DNA of 37,607 nt, from positions 1-37,607 of IMG/VR virus record IMGVR_UViG_3300010362_000053; one strand, written 5' to 3'. Below, piece by piece: positions 16,311 to 25,789 of this stretch. A program made the translations under genes and the position numbers. Position 1 is the first letter of the stretch. Each line of letters starts with the position of its first letter. The DNA comes from a virus. Taxonomy: Duplodnaviria; Caudoviricetes. The notes under the pieces are model-generated. The model ran no database searches and was not told the origin of the DNA. It saw only the letters and a list, made by a program, of their open reading frames with translations.

Positions 16311-19300
16311 TCAGCGGAGCACTCCCGCTTGTCCTGGCAGCCGCCGGTCACTGCTGCGAGCTTGTGTGCGCGTCGTCTTCTGGACACGCACATCGACAAA
16401 ATCTCGCAGCCATTCGGTTCCCGGCGCAAAATGCAGATGCACGCTCGAAGTCATGCGACTCTCGTCAGCAGTCATGACAGTCTCGCCGCCGTGAGCGACA
16501 ATCATGCGCGGTGCTCCTACCGGACCAGGCACCGTGCCACCCGCGCCAAACGAGCCGCCAAACGGGTAGTCCCTCAGCGCGTCGTACTGCGCCTGCGAGA
16601 CGGCGTAGCGGAGATTGGCCTGGCGCAGTAGCTCTTTCAGCAGATCATTGATCTGTTGCTGCGTCTGATCCTCTCCCGCCGCTGCTCCCTCAGCAGTAGC
16701 GTTGGCACGGAGTGGGCTCCGCAGCAGTTCGTCAATGCTCTGCTGCACACCGAGGATCGTTCCGCCCAACGTGCCGATTGGGAACTGTGTTGACGAGAAG
16801 AACTTGGTCATCGGCGAACCAAGCCCGTGAATCGTGCTGAGCGAGTCCGCAACGCCGTCGTACGCTTCCTTGATGTTCGGCAGGCTGACGACGCCATCGT
16901 CAGAGGAGTTGGTGAGCGTATCGATCGCGGCATTACGAGCAGCGTTGTCAGCACGCTCCTGAGCAAGATTGTCGTTGTACCAATAGTGACTGTGCTTGAA
17001 CGGATCACTGTCCTTGCCAGCAATCAAGCCAAGGCGAACAAGGTCGTCATGCGTACCTTCGCGCAACGCGATCTCATTTGCACGATAACGCTCTTCGCGC
17101 TGATGCAGGCGCGTGAGACGCGCTTGGCTTGGCTTCTTCTTCCCGCGTTCCCTCCTAATCTCCTCGCGCGTCTCCCTGAGCGCATCGTGGTACTGCTGCT
17201 GCTTGGTAGAAACACGCTCACGCTCACGTACATAGCGCGCGATGATCTTTTCATGCCTCTTGACGACTGTTTTCAGATCCGCAATCTCCTTCTCAACCTG
17301 CCTGCGCATCCGTTCGAGGATCGGCGGCTCATCAATGAGGAAGTTGCGTTCACCGAGAAGATCGGAAAGCTCGGTGTTGAGCCAGTCCACCTGTGTCCCG
17401 CCCTGGATACGCGGGAGCATCGACTGGATCATCGCGTCCTGCTGTGCGACAGGGAACAGCGCCGTAAGCTGTGCCTCCGTCATGTCTGTTGTTGCACCAC
17501 GCCGCGTCAGTTCAGCATCAAGCGCAGCCTGAATCGCATCGGTGTTGGCAATACCAGAAAGCCGCTGCGCGTAGTCATCATCAATAGCGACCTTATTTGC
17601 GAGCGCATCAAGCTGAGCCTGCTCCGCAGTAAAGCCGATCTTGGCAAGATGCTTAGCGATCCGCTGCTTGACCTTCTGGTTCGGAGTGCGATGACCCTCC
17701 TTGGGCGTAGCCGCAGCCTCAATCGCATCCGCGATATTCCTGTAGTACGCCGCACCTCGCCGCTTTGGCTCCTTCTTCGGATTCCCGCCGCGCGCCATCG
17801 CAAGAACACTGTCAACAATGCCACCGAGGCTATACGGGCTGTGCGTGACAAGCTCGCCGTACCGCTGCTTCTGATAGCGGATCGACGCCACGATGTTCTC
17901 GACGGGGTTGTACAGGCGCTCGAAACTGCCACCAACCTTGTCAAGCGTGACCTGCATCAAGCCACCAGAGGGGTTGCCTGCCTGCGCATTGCTATCCCAA
18001 GTGTTCAGAGCATTGACAACCCACCCAGACTCCTTCTTCGCCAGGGTGAGGATCTTCTCGATGTTTGCCGCCGTCGCCGGGAAGATCCTGGTGCGCTTGA
18101 GGGCTTCCGTCGCCCACCGCACCATTTCCGTACGAGACGCTGCGCCAGGAGCAGTACCACCAGGCTCAGCGCCCTCGATAGAGGACGCCATCTGATCTTC
18201 GATGTAAGCATTGGCGGCATGACGCATCGTGCGCTCGGCACCACGCACGATGTCCTTCAACATGCCATCAGGGCCTTCGATCCCGAGCGCCGGGATCTGC
18301 ATGGGGACACCGATAGCTCCCGCAGCACTCCTGTCATGGAGCCAGGAGAGGTGCAAGTGATTGCCACGACCATGCCCAGGATCACCGTCATAGCCGACCC
18401 AACGGAACGGGAAGCGCGGACGGTTCTGCTGCGGCTCGGCCCAATGCGCAAGCTGATCAACCAGATTCCACGATCCGCCAGCAGCCGGGACAAGATCAAC
18501 TGCGAGCCCGAGCGGATGCTCGCCGCCAGCCGCGTGCCCAGTCGCGGCGTAACCATCAGTGACACGAACCTTGTAACGCCTGATCAACGCGAGCACATCG
18601 CTCAGGATCGACTTCGCGATGAACTCCCCAGGCTGACCAGGGATCGGCACAATCCCGCCAGTTTGGAAACGCGGTGCATCCCCGAAGTTCAACTTATCGA
18701 GCGCAGCCTTGCCGACCTTGCCCACGGCCCTGCGATTGACGACGTACTCGCCCGGTTCCAGCAATGCAGGAATCTTGTCGCCAAGCCCTGTGCCGAAGAT
18801 CGCACCACCGCGCTGATGACCACCACCGGGAGCGCGTCCCTTGAACGCCTTGTCAATCTCCTTCGATCGTTTCAGCGAGAACTTGATCGTATCCGCGCCA
18901 AGACCAGAGAGCACCTGATTGGTTGCCGCGACGATGTAGGAAGCTGCGGTACTGACATCCCCGCCAAGACTCATGAAATTGAGTCCCATTTCCTTCAACG
19001 CCTGTTTGACATTAGGCGCGACATTGATCATGTCGATGAGGCGCAGGTTCGCCTCATGCTGAACACCCCGAAGATGCCGAGCCTCCCTGGAATAGTCCTC
19101 CGTGCCCTGCTTTAGACCACTGAGCTTCGTCTTGGAAGTCTCGGCATCCCGAGCAAAGGCGCTCAACTTCGGATGTGTACTGTCAACGCGCGCACGGAAA
19201 TCGTCAAAGACTCGCGATTCCTTAGTTGTCTTGATCAAACTCTGAACACGCTCGCGCGCTTCTGCGACGCCCTGCGGCGGATCAACCTTGCTGAACTTAT

Positions 19301-20888
19301 TGAGCATGTCATAGACACGCTGCAAGCCCGTCACATTGTTGGTACTAGCGAGTTTCCCAATTTGCTCATTGAGATCGCCAACACCCTTTCCCCCAGCGCC
19401 CGCACCTTGCGCGATCGCTTCCGCCGCAGTTATCGTGCCAGGCTTCGGACCGGTGAGCGGCTTGATCTTCGGTACCAATCCAAAGGTCAAATCATGAGCA
19501 GTGTTGACGACAGAGGAGATCAGGTCGCCCTTGCTGTCAACCAGACGAATGACCACATCCGCTGCGGCCACTGCACCCACGATCTTTGCTGCGCCTGTCA
19601 AGACTGGCGGAAGCTTTGGCTTCCCCTTGCTCGTCGTGCCAGAAGCGCCGGGGACACCGGGAGCACCGCCCAGAGCACCCACATTGGTGACATACACGGG
19701 CATTGGTGACGCCTTGCTGAGCAACGTGCCCTTGCCCGTCAGCATGCCTGTCAGTGTCTTGAAGATCGGTCCAGTGAGTCCGAGCTTCTGAGCCAGGAAC
19801 GCACCGCCACCGACCTTTGCCCATAGCGGTGCCGCCTTGAATCCCTCCCACACCGCGCTCGCTGCCTTAGTGCCAACATCCTTGAAGACATCGAGCACAA
19901 CCGGCGTTGCTGTCTTGATGGCCGAGTTGACCGCTCCACCGATGTGAGCTTCCTTGAGGGCGTCGATCAGGCCGTCAGCAAACGGCCCGAACCAATGCTT
20001 TGCGCTCCGAACGATCTTCTCGATCTTCTCGCCAAAGCTCAGGCGCTTGTCGGAGAAGGCAGCGTCAATGGTGCTGGCGACGTGTTGGAACGCCGGATTG
20101 ACCCTCTGGACAAACTTGTTGACAATCGGCAGAACGTTCTTGCCGATCGTGTCTTCAAGATTGCGGAAAGTCGTCCTCAGTTGCTCGATCGGTGTGGCCT
20201 TGACCTTTGGGAACTCCTTGCCAAGCTCGCGCAGAATGATCTTCTGCGCTTCCATCGTCTTGCCAGAAGCGACAAGAGCCTTGATCTGCTTCTTCTGCTG
20301 TTCGGTGAAGCTAACGCCAACACGCGACAGCGCGGTAATACCCTTGACAGGATCGTTCAGCGCCTTACCTAGCTGAATCGCAGAACTCTTCGTGTCCTGT
20401 CCCAGCGCCTTCGACATATTGACAACAGTGGAAGTTGCCTGGTCGAAGATCTTGTTGGTCTTGCCAAGACCATTGCGAACGTTGGTGAAGGTGAGCAGCA
20501 GGTTTGCGCCGCTCTGAACGAGATCGTTGTCAACACCAGTCTGCCGCTCAATCGCATCTGAGAGCGCACCAATATGCTTGGCAGAAGTATTGGCAAGATT
20601 GCCCGTGCTCTTGATCACAGCCTGCGTGCGCCGGACAACCGCCTGGTGCTCGGACCAGCCCTTCGTGGCCCTGATCACTTCTGTTGTCACAGCAGCGAGG
20701 CCAACAGCCGCGATCGGAGCGCCAGCACTGATGCCAGTGCCGATGCCGGTGCGAATCGAGCCGCCAAGCCTCTTGCCGAACGCCTTCCCCGACTTCGAGA
20801 TCTTGCCCAGGTGCGAGGCAACCTGCCGATTGAGCGCGGAGAAATCGCCCTCAATCTCAACGTAGGCGGTACCGGCCTTGGCAGGCAT
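16311..20888 (-). CDS. tape measure protein with putative peptidase and lytic transglycosylase domains
   Basis: AGTAYVEI start; AIQLGKALNDP.KGITAL.RVGV.F motif; 1525 aa; ESG...GLMQV SLT motif; follows the chaperones. Confidence 0.92.
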   Translation of the reverse strand: MPAKAGTAYVEIEGDFSALNRQVASHLGKISKSGKAFGKRLGGSIRTGIGTGISAGAPIAAVGLAAVTTEVIRATKGWSEHQAVVRRTQAVIKSTGNLANTSAKHIGALSDAIERQTGVDNDLVQSGANLLLTFTNVRNGLGKTNKIFDQATSTVVNMSKALGQDTKSSAIQLGKALNDPVKGITALSRVGVSFTEQQKKQIKALVASGKTMEAQKIILRELGKEFPKVKATPIEQLRTTFRNLEDTIGKNVLPIVNKFVQRVNPAFQHVASTIDAAFSDKRLSFGEKIEKIVRSAKHWFGPFADGLIDALKEAHIGGAVNSAIKTATPVVLDVFKDVGTKAASAVWEGFKAAPLWAKVGGGAFLAQKLGLTGPIFKTLTGMLTGKGTLLSKASPMPVYVTNVGALGGAPGVPGASGTTSKGKPKLPPVLTGAAKIVGAVAAADVVIRLVDSKGDLISSVVNTAHDLTFGLVPKIKPLTGPKPGTITAAEAIAQGAGAGGKGVGDLNEQIGKLASTNNVTGLQRVYDMLNKFSKVDPPQGVAEARERVQSLIKTTKESRVFDDFRARVDSTHPKLSAFARDAETSKTKLSGLKQGTEDYSREARHLRGVQHEANLRLIDMINVAPNVKQALKEMGLNFMSLGGDVSTAASYIVAATNQVLSGLGADTIKFSLKRSKEIDKAFKGRAPGGGHQRGGAIFGTGLGDKIPALLEPGEYVVNRRAVGKVGKAALDKLNFGDAPRFQTGGIVPIPGQPGEFIAKSILSDVLALIRRYKVRVTDGYAATGHAAGGEHPLGLAVDLVPAAGGSWNLVDQLAHWAEPQQNRPRFPFRWVGYDGDPGHGRGNHLHLSWLHDRSAAGAIGVPMQIPALGIEGPDGMLKDIVRGAERTMRHAANAYIEDQMASSIEGAEPGGTAPGAASRTEMVRWATEALKRTRIFPATAANIEKILTLAKKESGWVVNALNTWDSNAQAGNPSGGLMQVTLDKVGGSFERLYNPVENIVASIRYQKQRYGELVTHSPYSLGGIVDSVLAMARGGNPKKEPKRRGAAYYRNIADAIEAAATPKEGHRTPNQKVKQRIAKHLAKIGFTAEQAQLDALANKVAIDDDYAQRLSGIANTDAIQAALDAELTRRGATTDMTEAQLTALFPVAQQDAMIQSMLPRIQGGTQVDWLNTELSDLLGERNFLIDEPPILERMRRQVEKEIADLKTVVKRHEKIIARYVRERERVSTKQQQYHDALRETREEIRRERGKKKPSQARLTRLHQREERYRANEIALREGTHDDLVRLGLIAGKDSDPFKHSHYWYNDNLAQERADNAARNAAIDTLTNSSDDGVVSLPNIKEAYDGVADSLSTIHGLGSPMTKFFSSTQFPIGTLGGTILGVQQSIDELLRSPLRANATAEGAAAGEDQTQQQINDLLKELLRQANLRYAVSQAQYDALRDYPFGGSFGAGGTVPGPVGAPRMIVAHGGETVMTADESRMTSSVHLHFAPGTEWLRDFVDVRVQKTTRTQARSSDRRLPGQAGVLR

Positions 20889-21295
20889 CAGGTCATCCCG
20901 CCTTCACCTTCGCCAATATTGCTGGCAAACCACGCAGCAATGACGCGCGGATCTGTCTCAATCTTTGGCTTCGACGGCGGTTCCTCGCCAGGCCGCATGA
21001 TCTGGAACGGCGCAGGCATGTTGACGCGCTTGTGCCCGAGCATTGCTTGGAGGTGCGATCGCGCCCATTGATCATGGCGCTCAAGCAGTTGCACCAGCAG
21101 TTCCTCGGTGGGCGCGAAGCCGTCTCGCCGCCACACAGCAGCATCAGGTGGCAGCCCTTGAACGAGAACCCACACGCGCCGCGAGCTTGTGTGGTGAAAC
21201 TCATAACGCAGATCGAGCCGGTAGTAGTGTTGAAAATCTGCCTCCAAGGCATCCCAGCGTTCGACTAGGAGTCCTCGGAGGCTTCGGATTCCCCC
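20888..21295 (-). CDS. tail assembly chaperone, -1 frameshift extension
   Basis: The -1 frame from GGGGGAA reads GIRSLRGLLVERWDALEADFQHYYRLDL... Confidence 0.8.
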   Translation of the reverse strand, partial: GGIRSLRGLLVERWDALEADFQHYYRLDLRYEFHHTSSRRVWVLVQGLPPDAAVWRRDGFAPTEELLVQLLERHDQWARSHLQAMLGHKRVNMPAPFQIMRPGEEPPSKPKIETDPRVIAAWFASNIGEGEGGMT

Positions 21296-21663
21296 TCTTC
21301 TGTCCCGTAGGCTTCCATGACTGTTGACGCGAGTTCTGTGATCGCTTCGACCTGCTCCTCGGGCTTGAGCCGCCCGATCACGTTCCGCACCTGTGTAAAC
21401 TGTGCTGTCTCCAACAGCGTGTGGAACATGCGCATCAGCGACATCGCGGAGTCATCGCCCTCCATCGACACGAAGTCGAACATGAGGACGGGTGGGATCT
21501 CAGGCGGAATCGCGAGATCGAGATCCCGCCACTTGATCACCTTCGGGCCGTCACCATCAGCGACGACCTCACCGGCAGCAACGACTACCTTGTCAGACTT
21601 GGGCTTCTCTTCGTCCTTGTCGTCATTGCTGACCGGCTCTAGCTTGCGAGCCGGTTGTGCCAT
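21265..21663 (-). CDS. tail assembly chaperone
   Basis: Between major tail and tape measure genes; slippery site near the 3' end. Confidence 0.85.
   Translation of the reverse strand: MAQPARKLEPVSNDDKDEEKPKSDKVVVAAGEVVADGDGPKVIKWRDLDLAIPPEIPPVLMFDFVSMEGDDSAMSLMRMFHTLLETAQFTQVRNVIGRLKPEEQVEAITELASTVMEAYGTEEGESEASEDS
21289..21295 (-). other. programmed -1 ribosomal frameshift site G GGG GAA
   Basis: Same heptamer class as actinophage chaperone slippery sites; the downstream -1 frame is open up to the tape measure gene. Confidence 0.8.
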
Positions 21664-21672
21664 GTTGATTCC

Positions 21673-22239
21673 TTACGAGCCAGCCGTGAACGCAGCGGCA
21701 TCGCTGAGGAAGTACCCAGGCGAGGCACCGCTCTGCGCCAGCGCCTTGAACGTGATCGGCAGGACGGCGGGGCTTGAGCGCTGGAACTGCGCTTCGACGG
21801 CCTCGGTGACGTTGCCGCGCGGGAACACGAACCTGTAGTGATTGCTGCCATCGGCGGCATCGAGCACCAGGGCGCGCTCATCGATGGGGGCGGCGTCGGA
21901 CGGCAGGTCATAGCGCCAGGAGCCAGCCGAGCCCGAGATCGCGCCGCCACCGAAGGCAAGCGGCACGCTGTCCTCATCCCACTGCATCAGTTGGAAGGCG
22001 ACCTGAATCTCGACGCTCGTCTTCTCACGGCGAACCGGCGTACGTGACTGCCAGGCCATGAAGTCGGTCACATCCGGCGTGACCGTGAACGTGGCTCCAT
22101 CCTCGGTGATGTATCCGAGCCCGACCCAAGCGGCAGCGAGCGCACCGGTCGGAGCGGAGGGAAGCGCAGTACCCACCGGAGCAACGTACGCCTGACCGTC
22201 ACCTGCGACGACAAGCTCGTTTGCGTTATTCCACGGCAT
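21673..22239 (-). CDS. major tail protein
   Basis: AYVAPVGTALP...W..LGYITEDG...AWQS..PVR motif typical of actinophage tail tube proteins. Confidence 0.9.
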   Translation of the reverse strand: MPWNNANELVVAGDGQAYVAPVGTALPSAPTGALAAAWVGLGYITEDGATFTVTPDVTDFMAWQSRTPVRREKTSVEIQVAFQLMQWDEDSVPLAFGGGAISGSAGSWRYDLPSDAAPIDERALVLDAADGSNHYRFVFPRGNVTEAVEAQFQRSSPAVLPITFKALAQSGASPGYFLSDAAAFTAGS

Positions 22240-22331
22240 GTAACTACTCCTTACACAGTTGCTTGCTTATGGCCTTACGTTGATCTTGCGGTCCTGCTGG
22301 CCGTGCGGCCAAGCGGCAACTGTGCAGATGC

Positions 22332-22649
22332 CTACTGTGGATTCTCCTCAAAGTGCAAGCCTGCGGCTCGCGCGCCCCGCCGCAGAGGAGCGTGCGGCGG
22401 ATTACGTATGCTACCCCATTCGGCAAGATGACCCGCATAGTCAGTATTCACGACAGCGGTTTCATCGCCGGACGTACTCACTACCATCGTCTGTGCCTGA
22501 CGGCGCATCCACGGCTCCCCTGCCGTCCGTGCGAACACCGCAGCATGGTCACGGACCGTCTCAGCGGCATTTCTGACCGTTTCCCGGTACTCGGCCTGCG
22601 TGCGCAGATCATCGGCCAGGTTCGGGTTCTGTTTCGGGCGCTTAGCCAA
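22332..22649 (-). CDS. neck/tail completion protein (HK97 gp10-like)
   Basis: HLAEWGS..NPPHAPLRRGA motif; probable TTG start at 22649. Confidence 0.7.
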   Translation of the reverse strand: MAKRPKQNPNLADDLRTQAEYRETVRNAAETVRDHAAVFARTAGEPWMRRQAQTMVVSTSGDETAVVNTDYAGHLAEWGSIRNPPHAPLRRGARAAGLHFEENPQ

Positions 22650-23067
22650 GGTGCATCCTGATCTCAGCGTCCAGTACGTAGCGCTCTCGCGCCGGTTCCA
22701 TCGTTGTGTCAGGAATCCGTGCATGCGAGGTGAAGGCGACGTGCGTCACGACAACACCATCGATATCAACCTGCGGCAGAGCATGCAGCAGTGCCCTGAC
22801 AGTGCGAGAAAGATCGGAAGCCTGCAATTGCGGAGTCTGCGTGCCCTCGCCTGCATAGCAGTCCAGTTGCAGGTAGTAGTTGACAAGATGCTCGACAGGC
22901 CCGTTGGTGACATTCGTCGCGTCAAGCTGCGTGATACGAACCCAGGGTTTGACGAAGCTCGTCGGCAACTTGGAGGCCACTCGCGCATCCATCGCCATCA
23001 CGTCAGGACTGGTGCGGAGATACTGGCCGACAATCTGCTCAGCATCAGGGATCGTGACAACACTCAT
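22642..23067 (-). CDS. tail terminator
   Basis: PDAEQIV..YL...P.VRIT...QLDCYA...ARERY motif; ATG at 23067. Confidence 0.75.
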   Translation of the reverse strand: MSVVTIPDAEQIVGQYLRTSPDVMAMDARVASKLPTSFVKPWVRITQLDATNVTNGPVEHLVNYYLQLDCYAGEGTQTPQLQASDLSRTVRALLHALPQVDIDGVVVTHVAFTSHARIPDTTMEPARERYVLDAEIRMHLG

Positions 23068-23408
23068 GCCGCTTCCTCCCCTGACGTGCGACGCAGCGAG
23101 CATTCGACGTGATGCTGCTGGCCGGTGCGCGGATTGCGCGCATACCACGGCGGGCCTATTACTTCGTACTGCCTTCCGTCAACGATGACGACATCGTTCG
23201 TATCGAGAAGCGTGTCGGGAGGCAGGAACAGCACAAAGTCACCGACAGCGACAGCATCGCCCTCTTCGGTGCGGCGCTGTTGTTGCAGTTCGCAAACAGT
23301 GTTGAGGCGAGTTTCGCTCGGAATCTCATTGCCGTAGATATCCAGAATTGTGCCGTCAGATGAGCGCCTGACGATTGTCGCTGGCAGTGTCAGCAAGTCG
23401 CTAATCAT
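23064..23408 (-). CDS. head-to-tail stopper (head closure)
   Basis: DIYGN...LFLPP...D.V.VDG..YEV.G.P...HHVE..LRR motif. Confidence 0.85.
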   Translation of the reverse strand: MISDLLTLPATIVRRSSDGTILDIYGNEIPSETRLNTVCELQQQRRTEEGDAVAVGDFVLFLPPDTLLDTNDVVIVDGRQYEVIGPPWYARNPRTGQQHHVECSLRRTSGEEAA

Positions 23409-23815
23409 GACGTTGCCCTCCGCTTACGCCTGTCCTCACGCTGGCACCGTCGGCAGATGTAGGCGTTATCCGGCCGAATGTAAAGATTATCACCACTCAG
23501 CGGATGTCCATTCTTGCAGTGGGTCCGCCGACGATGGTTGGCGTCCTGCTGCTCGCGAGTCGCCCACTGGCAGTTGCTCTTCTCGTAGTTCCCATCGTTG
23601 TCGATGCGATCGAGCGTCATACCCTGCGGACGCTCGCCCATATCAGCGAGGAAGTTGGCAAACACTCGCCAGCGCTCACAAACAGTGATGCCGCGTCCAC
23701 CGTATGCGGGATACCTATGGTGAGCAACATAGGTGCAACGTTGGATCATGTTCTTCCACGTCACGTATGTTGGCGAAACGTGTCCGACCCGAGCGTGACC
23801 GTGGACGCTAGTCAC
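23405..23815 (-). CDS. HNH-family endonuclease with THCxNGH...CRxC tail
   Basis: W.NM.QRC...YGGRGI.VCERW..F.NFL.DMG.RP...TLDRIDNDGNYE..NC.WAT motif. Confidence 0.85.
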   Translation of the reverse strand: MTSVHGHARVGHVSPTYVTWKNMIQRCTYVAHHRYPAYGGRGITVCERWRVFANFLADMGERPQGMTLDRIDNDGNYEKSNCQWATREQQDANHRRRTHCKNGHPLSGDNLYIRPDNAYICRRCQREDRRKRRATS

Positions 23816-24507
23816 GTCTGCTCCAACGGTATGTCGAGTCCGAGATCATGCCGAGCCTCACTCACTATTTTACCCATGCGGTCAACATCGTGCCGAGCGT
23901 TCGCATAACGGTTACGCAGCCGCCAGTTTGCATCGCTGCCCTGGCGCCGGGAGACGCGCCATTGCGGTTCGTGCCACAGATGCACCAACGGCTCTCTGCC
24001 CCGCCACGGAGGCCCGAGGAGGCACCACAGCGCCATTGCATGCGACTCATCCTCATGCCCCCAGCCGACGAAGCGAGGATCGAGTGGGATATCCAGAAGC
24101 GTGTCGTGAGTAGTGACAATGATCCCGCCACCAGGCATCCCAACGTACTTCGAGCGCTCAAGATCCTGCTCAGTCCAATCCTCGCCGCGTAGTAGGGCCT
24201 CTGTGCCGGTCTGAGAGAGCCGATAGACCTCCCAGTGCGGAATTGCCCACGCCGCGCCGTCCTGCACGGCCTGGATTGCTTCTATGAGGCCATCCGTCCA
24301 GCAGTCGGCGTCGTGAAGAACAATGATGTCGGCTACCAAGCCCCTGACAGCAGGCATGATCGCTCGCGCTTTGATCCATTCCGGGCCGCTGTACGACGTG
24401 ATGATCGGCTTGATATCGAGCGCAGCAAGCTTGACGTAGACCCAATCGAGAGCGCGTAAACGTGCCCTAGAGGCTTGGAACCACGGAACCACTAGCTCTG
24501 TCGCCAT
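23812..24507 (-). CDS. glycosyltransferase, GT-A fold (GT2/GT7-like)
   Basis: LVVPW, DAD motif, DPRFVGWGHED, HLWH. Confidence 0.85.
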   Translation of the reverse strand: MATELVVPWFQASRARLRALDWVYVKLAALDIKPIITSYSGPEWIKARAIMPAVRGLVADIIVLHDADCWTDGLIEAIQAVQDGAAWAIPHWEVYRLSQTGTEALLRGEDWTEQDLERSKYVGMPGGGIIVTTHDTLLDIPLDPRFVGWGHEDESHAMALWCLLGPPWRGREPLVHLWHEPQWRVSRRQGSDANWRLRNRYANARHDVDRMGKIVSEARHDLGLDIPLEQT

Positions 24508-25163
24508 TCCTGTCTCCGCTGCTCGAACAGAGCCGCATCCTCATTCCAGCGCTGCTTTGCGCCTTCGGCATACGTGTCATCCATTTCACGCTTGCCCCAA
24601 TCCGGGTGATGGTGCTCAATCACGCAGGTGTCAACAAACTTGGCGACTCCACGATGCTCGGCAAGCTGCCACAGTTCCGTTTCCGCGAAGTTGTGGTGAT
24701 AGCCCTCATGCATAGCGACACCAGGCGGCTCCTGCCACGCCCCACCCGGATCATCGATATACGACCGGCGTACAATCGGCATCGTGCAGTTGTCATGATT
24801 CGCCGTACTGGGAGAGAGATCATCCGGCGCAACGACATCGACACCATCGGCAAAGGCGTCCATCACCGCTTGATACCAGCCATCGTGGAAACTCACGTCA
24901 TCATTAGTGATAGTGACGAATGGCTCCTCACCAGCGCTCACGCCTGTATTGACAGCAGGCGGATATCCGCGCCGCTTCGTCTCCACAGCCGTGAATGGTC
25001 CGTCAAGTCTCTTGAGAAACATGCCGGTCATATCGTCGGCCTGATCAACCACGAAGTAGATGTAGAACGCACCCGGTGGAGTAGTCTTGACAATGTTCCA
25101 AACCAGCCGCCCGAGCAGATGTGAGCGCCAGAGGGTCGGGATGACTATTGACATTTCCTTCAT
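24492..25163 (-). CDS. glycosyltransferase family 2-like
   Basis: SIVIPT..R, NDD motif, HNFAETEL, IEHHHP. Confidence 0.85.
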   Translation of the reverse strand: MKEMSIVIPTLWRSHLLGRLVWNIVKTTPPGAFYIYFVVDQADDMTGMFLKRLDGPFTAVETKRRGYPPAVNTGVSAGEEPFVTITNDDVSFHDGWYQAVMDAFADGVDVVAPDDLSPSTANHDNCTMPIVRRSYIDDPGGAWQEPPGVAMHEGYHHNFAETELWQLAEHRGVAKFVDTCVIEHHHPDWGKREMDDTYAEGAKQRWNEDAALFEQRRQEWRQS

Positions 25164-25171
25164 GGCACTGG

Positions 25172-25789
25172 TTACGTGGTTACGGTTTCACCTAGTACGT
25201 CTGTGAGGATGCGCTGATGCCAGTAGTGCCGTCCCTGCCACGCCACTCCTGCATGGTTGCGCGAGTCTCGGCGTAGATGCTGGCGATAGACCGCGCCCGT
25301 GATCGCCTCGAACGTCGCACCGGCTCTGTAGCACTTGAGCCACAGCGCCCAATCCTCATAGATCGGGTAGTCATCAAAGCCACCCACCGATCGCAGCAGT
25401 TCCGTGCGCGCTGCACCACCAATGACAATCCAGCCACCTTCTAGGAGGCAGTCAGGAGTGCAGACGTGCTGATGGCCGTGAACCTTCGGCATGAACATCT
25501 TGCGCACCGCTATGCCATCGCGGCAAAGCTGAACCAACGGCGCACGTACGTCGGCGGTTCCCTGCGCCATCGCCTCGACATAGCCGGGTTCCAGTTCGTC
25601 GTCGCCATCAAGGAAAATCGTGTACTCAGTGTTGACAGCAGCTAGACCATCGTTGCGCGCCTGGTGGAGATTGTCGCCGTGGATATGAATGACCGGCGCT
25701 TGGCTCTCTGCCGATGTTGCCGCACGCTCGCCTAACTCGGCCCAGGAGCGATCTCCGTACGTCGCTACGACAACAGTGAAGTCGCTCAT
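25172..25789 (-). CDS. glycosyltransferase family 2
   Basis: VVVATY, ARN.GL, FLDGDD, GGFD...EDWALWL; ATGA overlap at 25786-25789. Confidence 0.88.
   Translation of the reverse strand: MSDFTVVVATYGDRSWAELGERAATSAESQAPVIHIHGDNLHQARNDGLAAVNTEYTIFLDGDDELEPGYVEAMAQGTADVRAPLVQLCRDGIAVRKMFMPKVHGHQHVCTPDCLLEGGWIVIGGAARTELLRSVGGFDDYPIYEDWALWLKCYRAGATFEAITGAVYRQHLRRDSRNHAGVAWQGRHYWHQRILTDVLGETVTT

Noticed and set aside
16827-19115. 762-aa plus-strand ORF (and other long antisense ORFs such as 30450..31307)
   Set aside because: Antisense shadows of high-GC genes (tape measure, capsid); no motifs.
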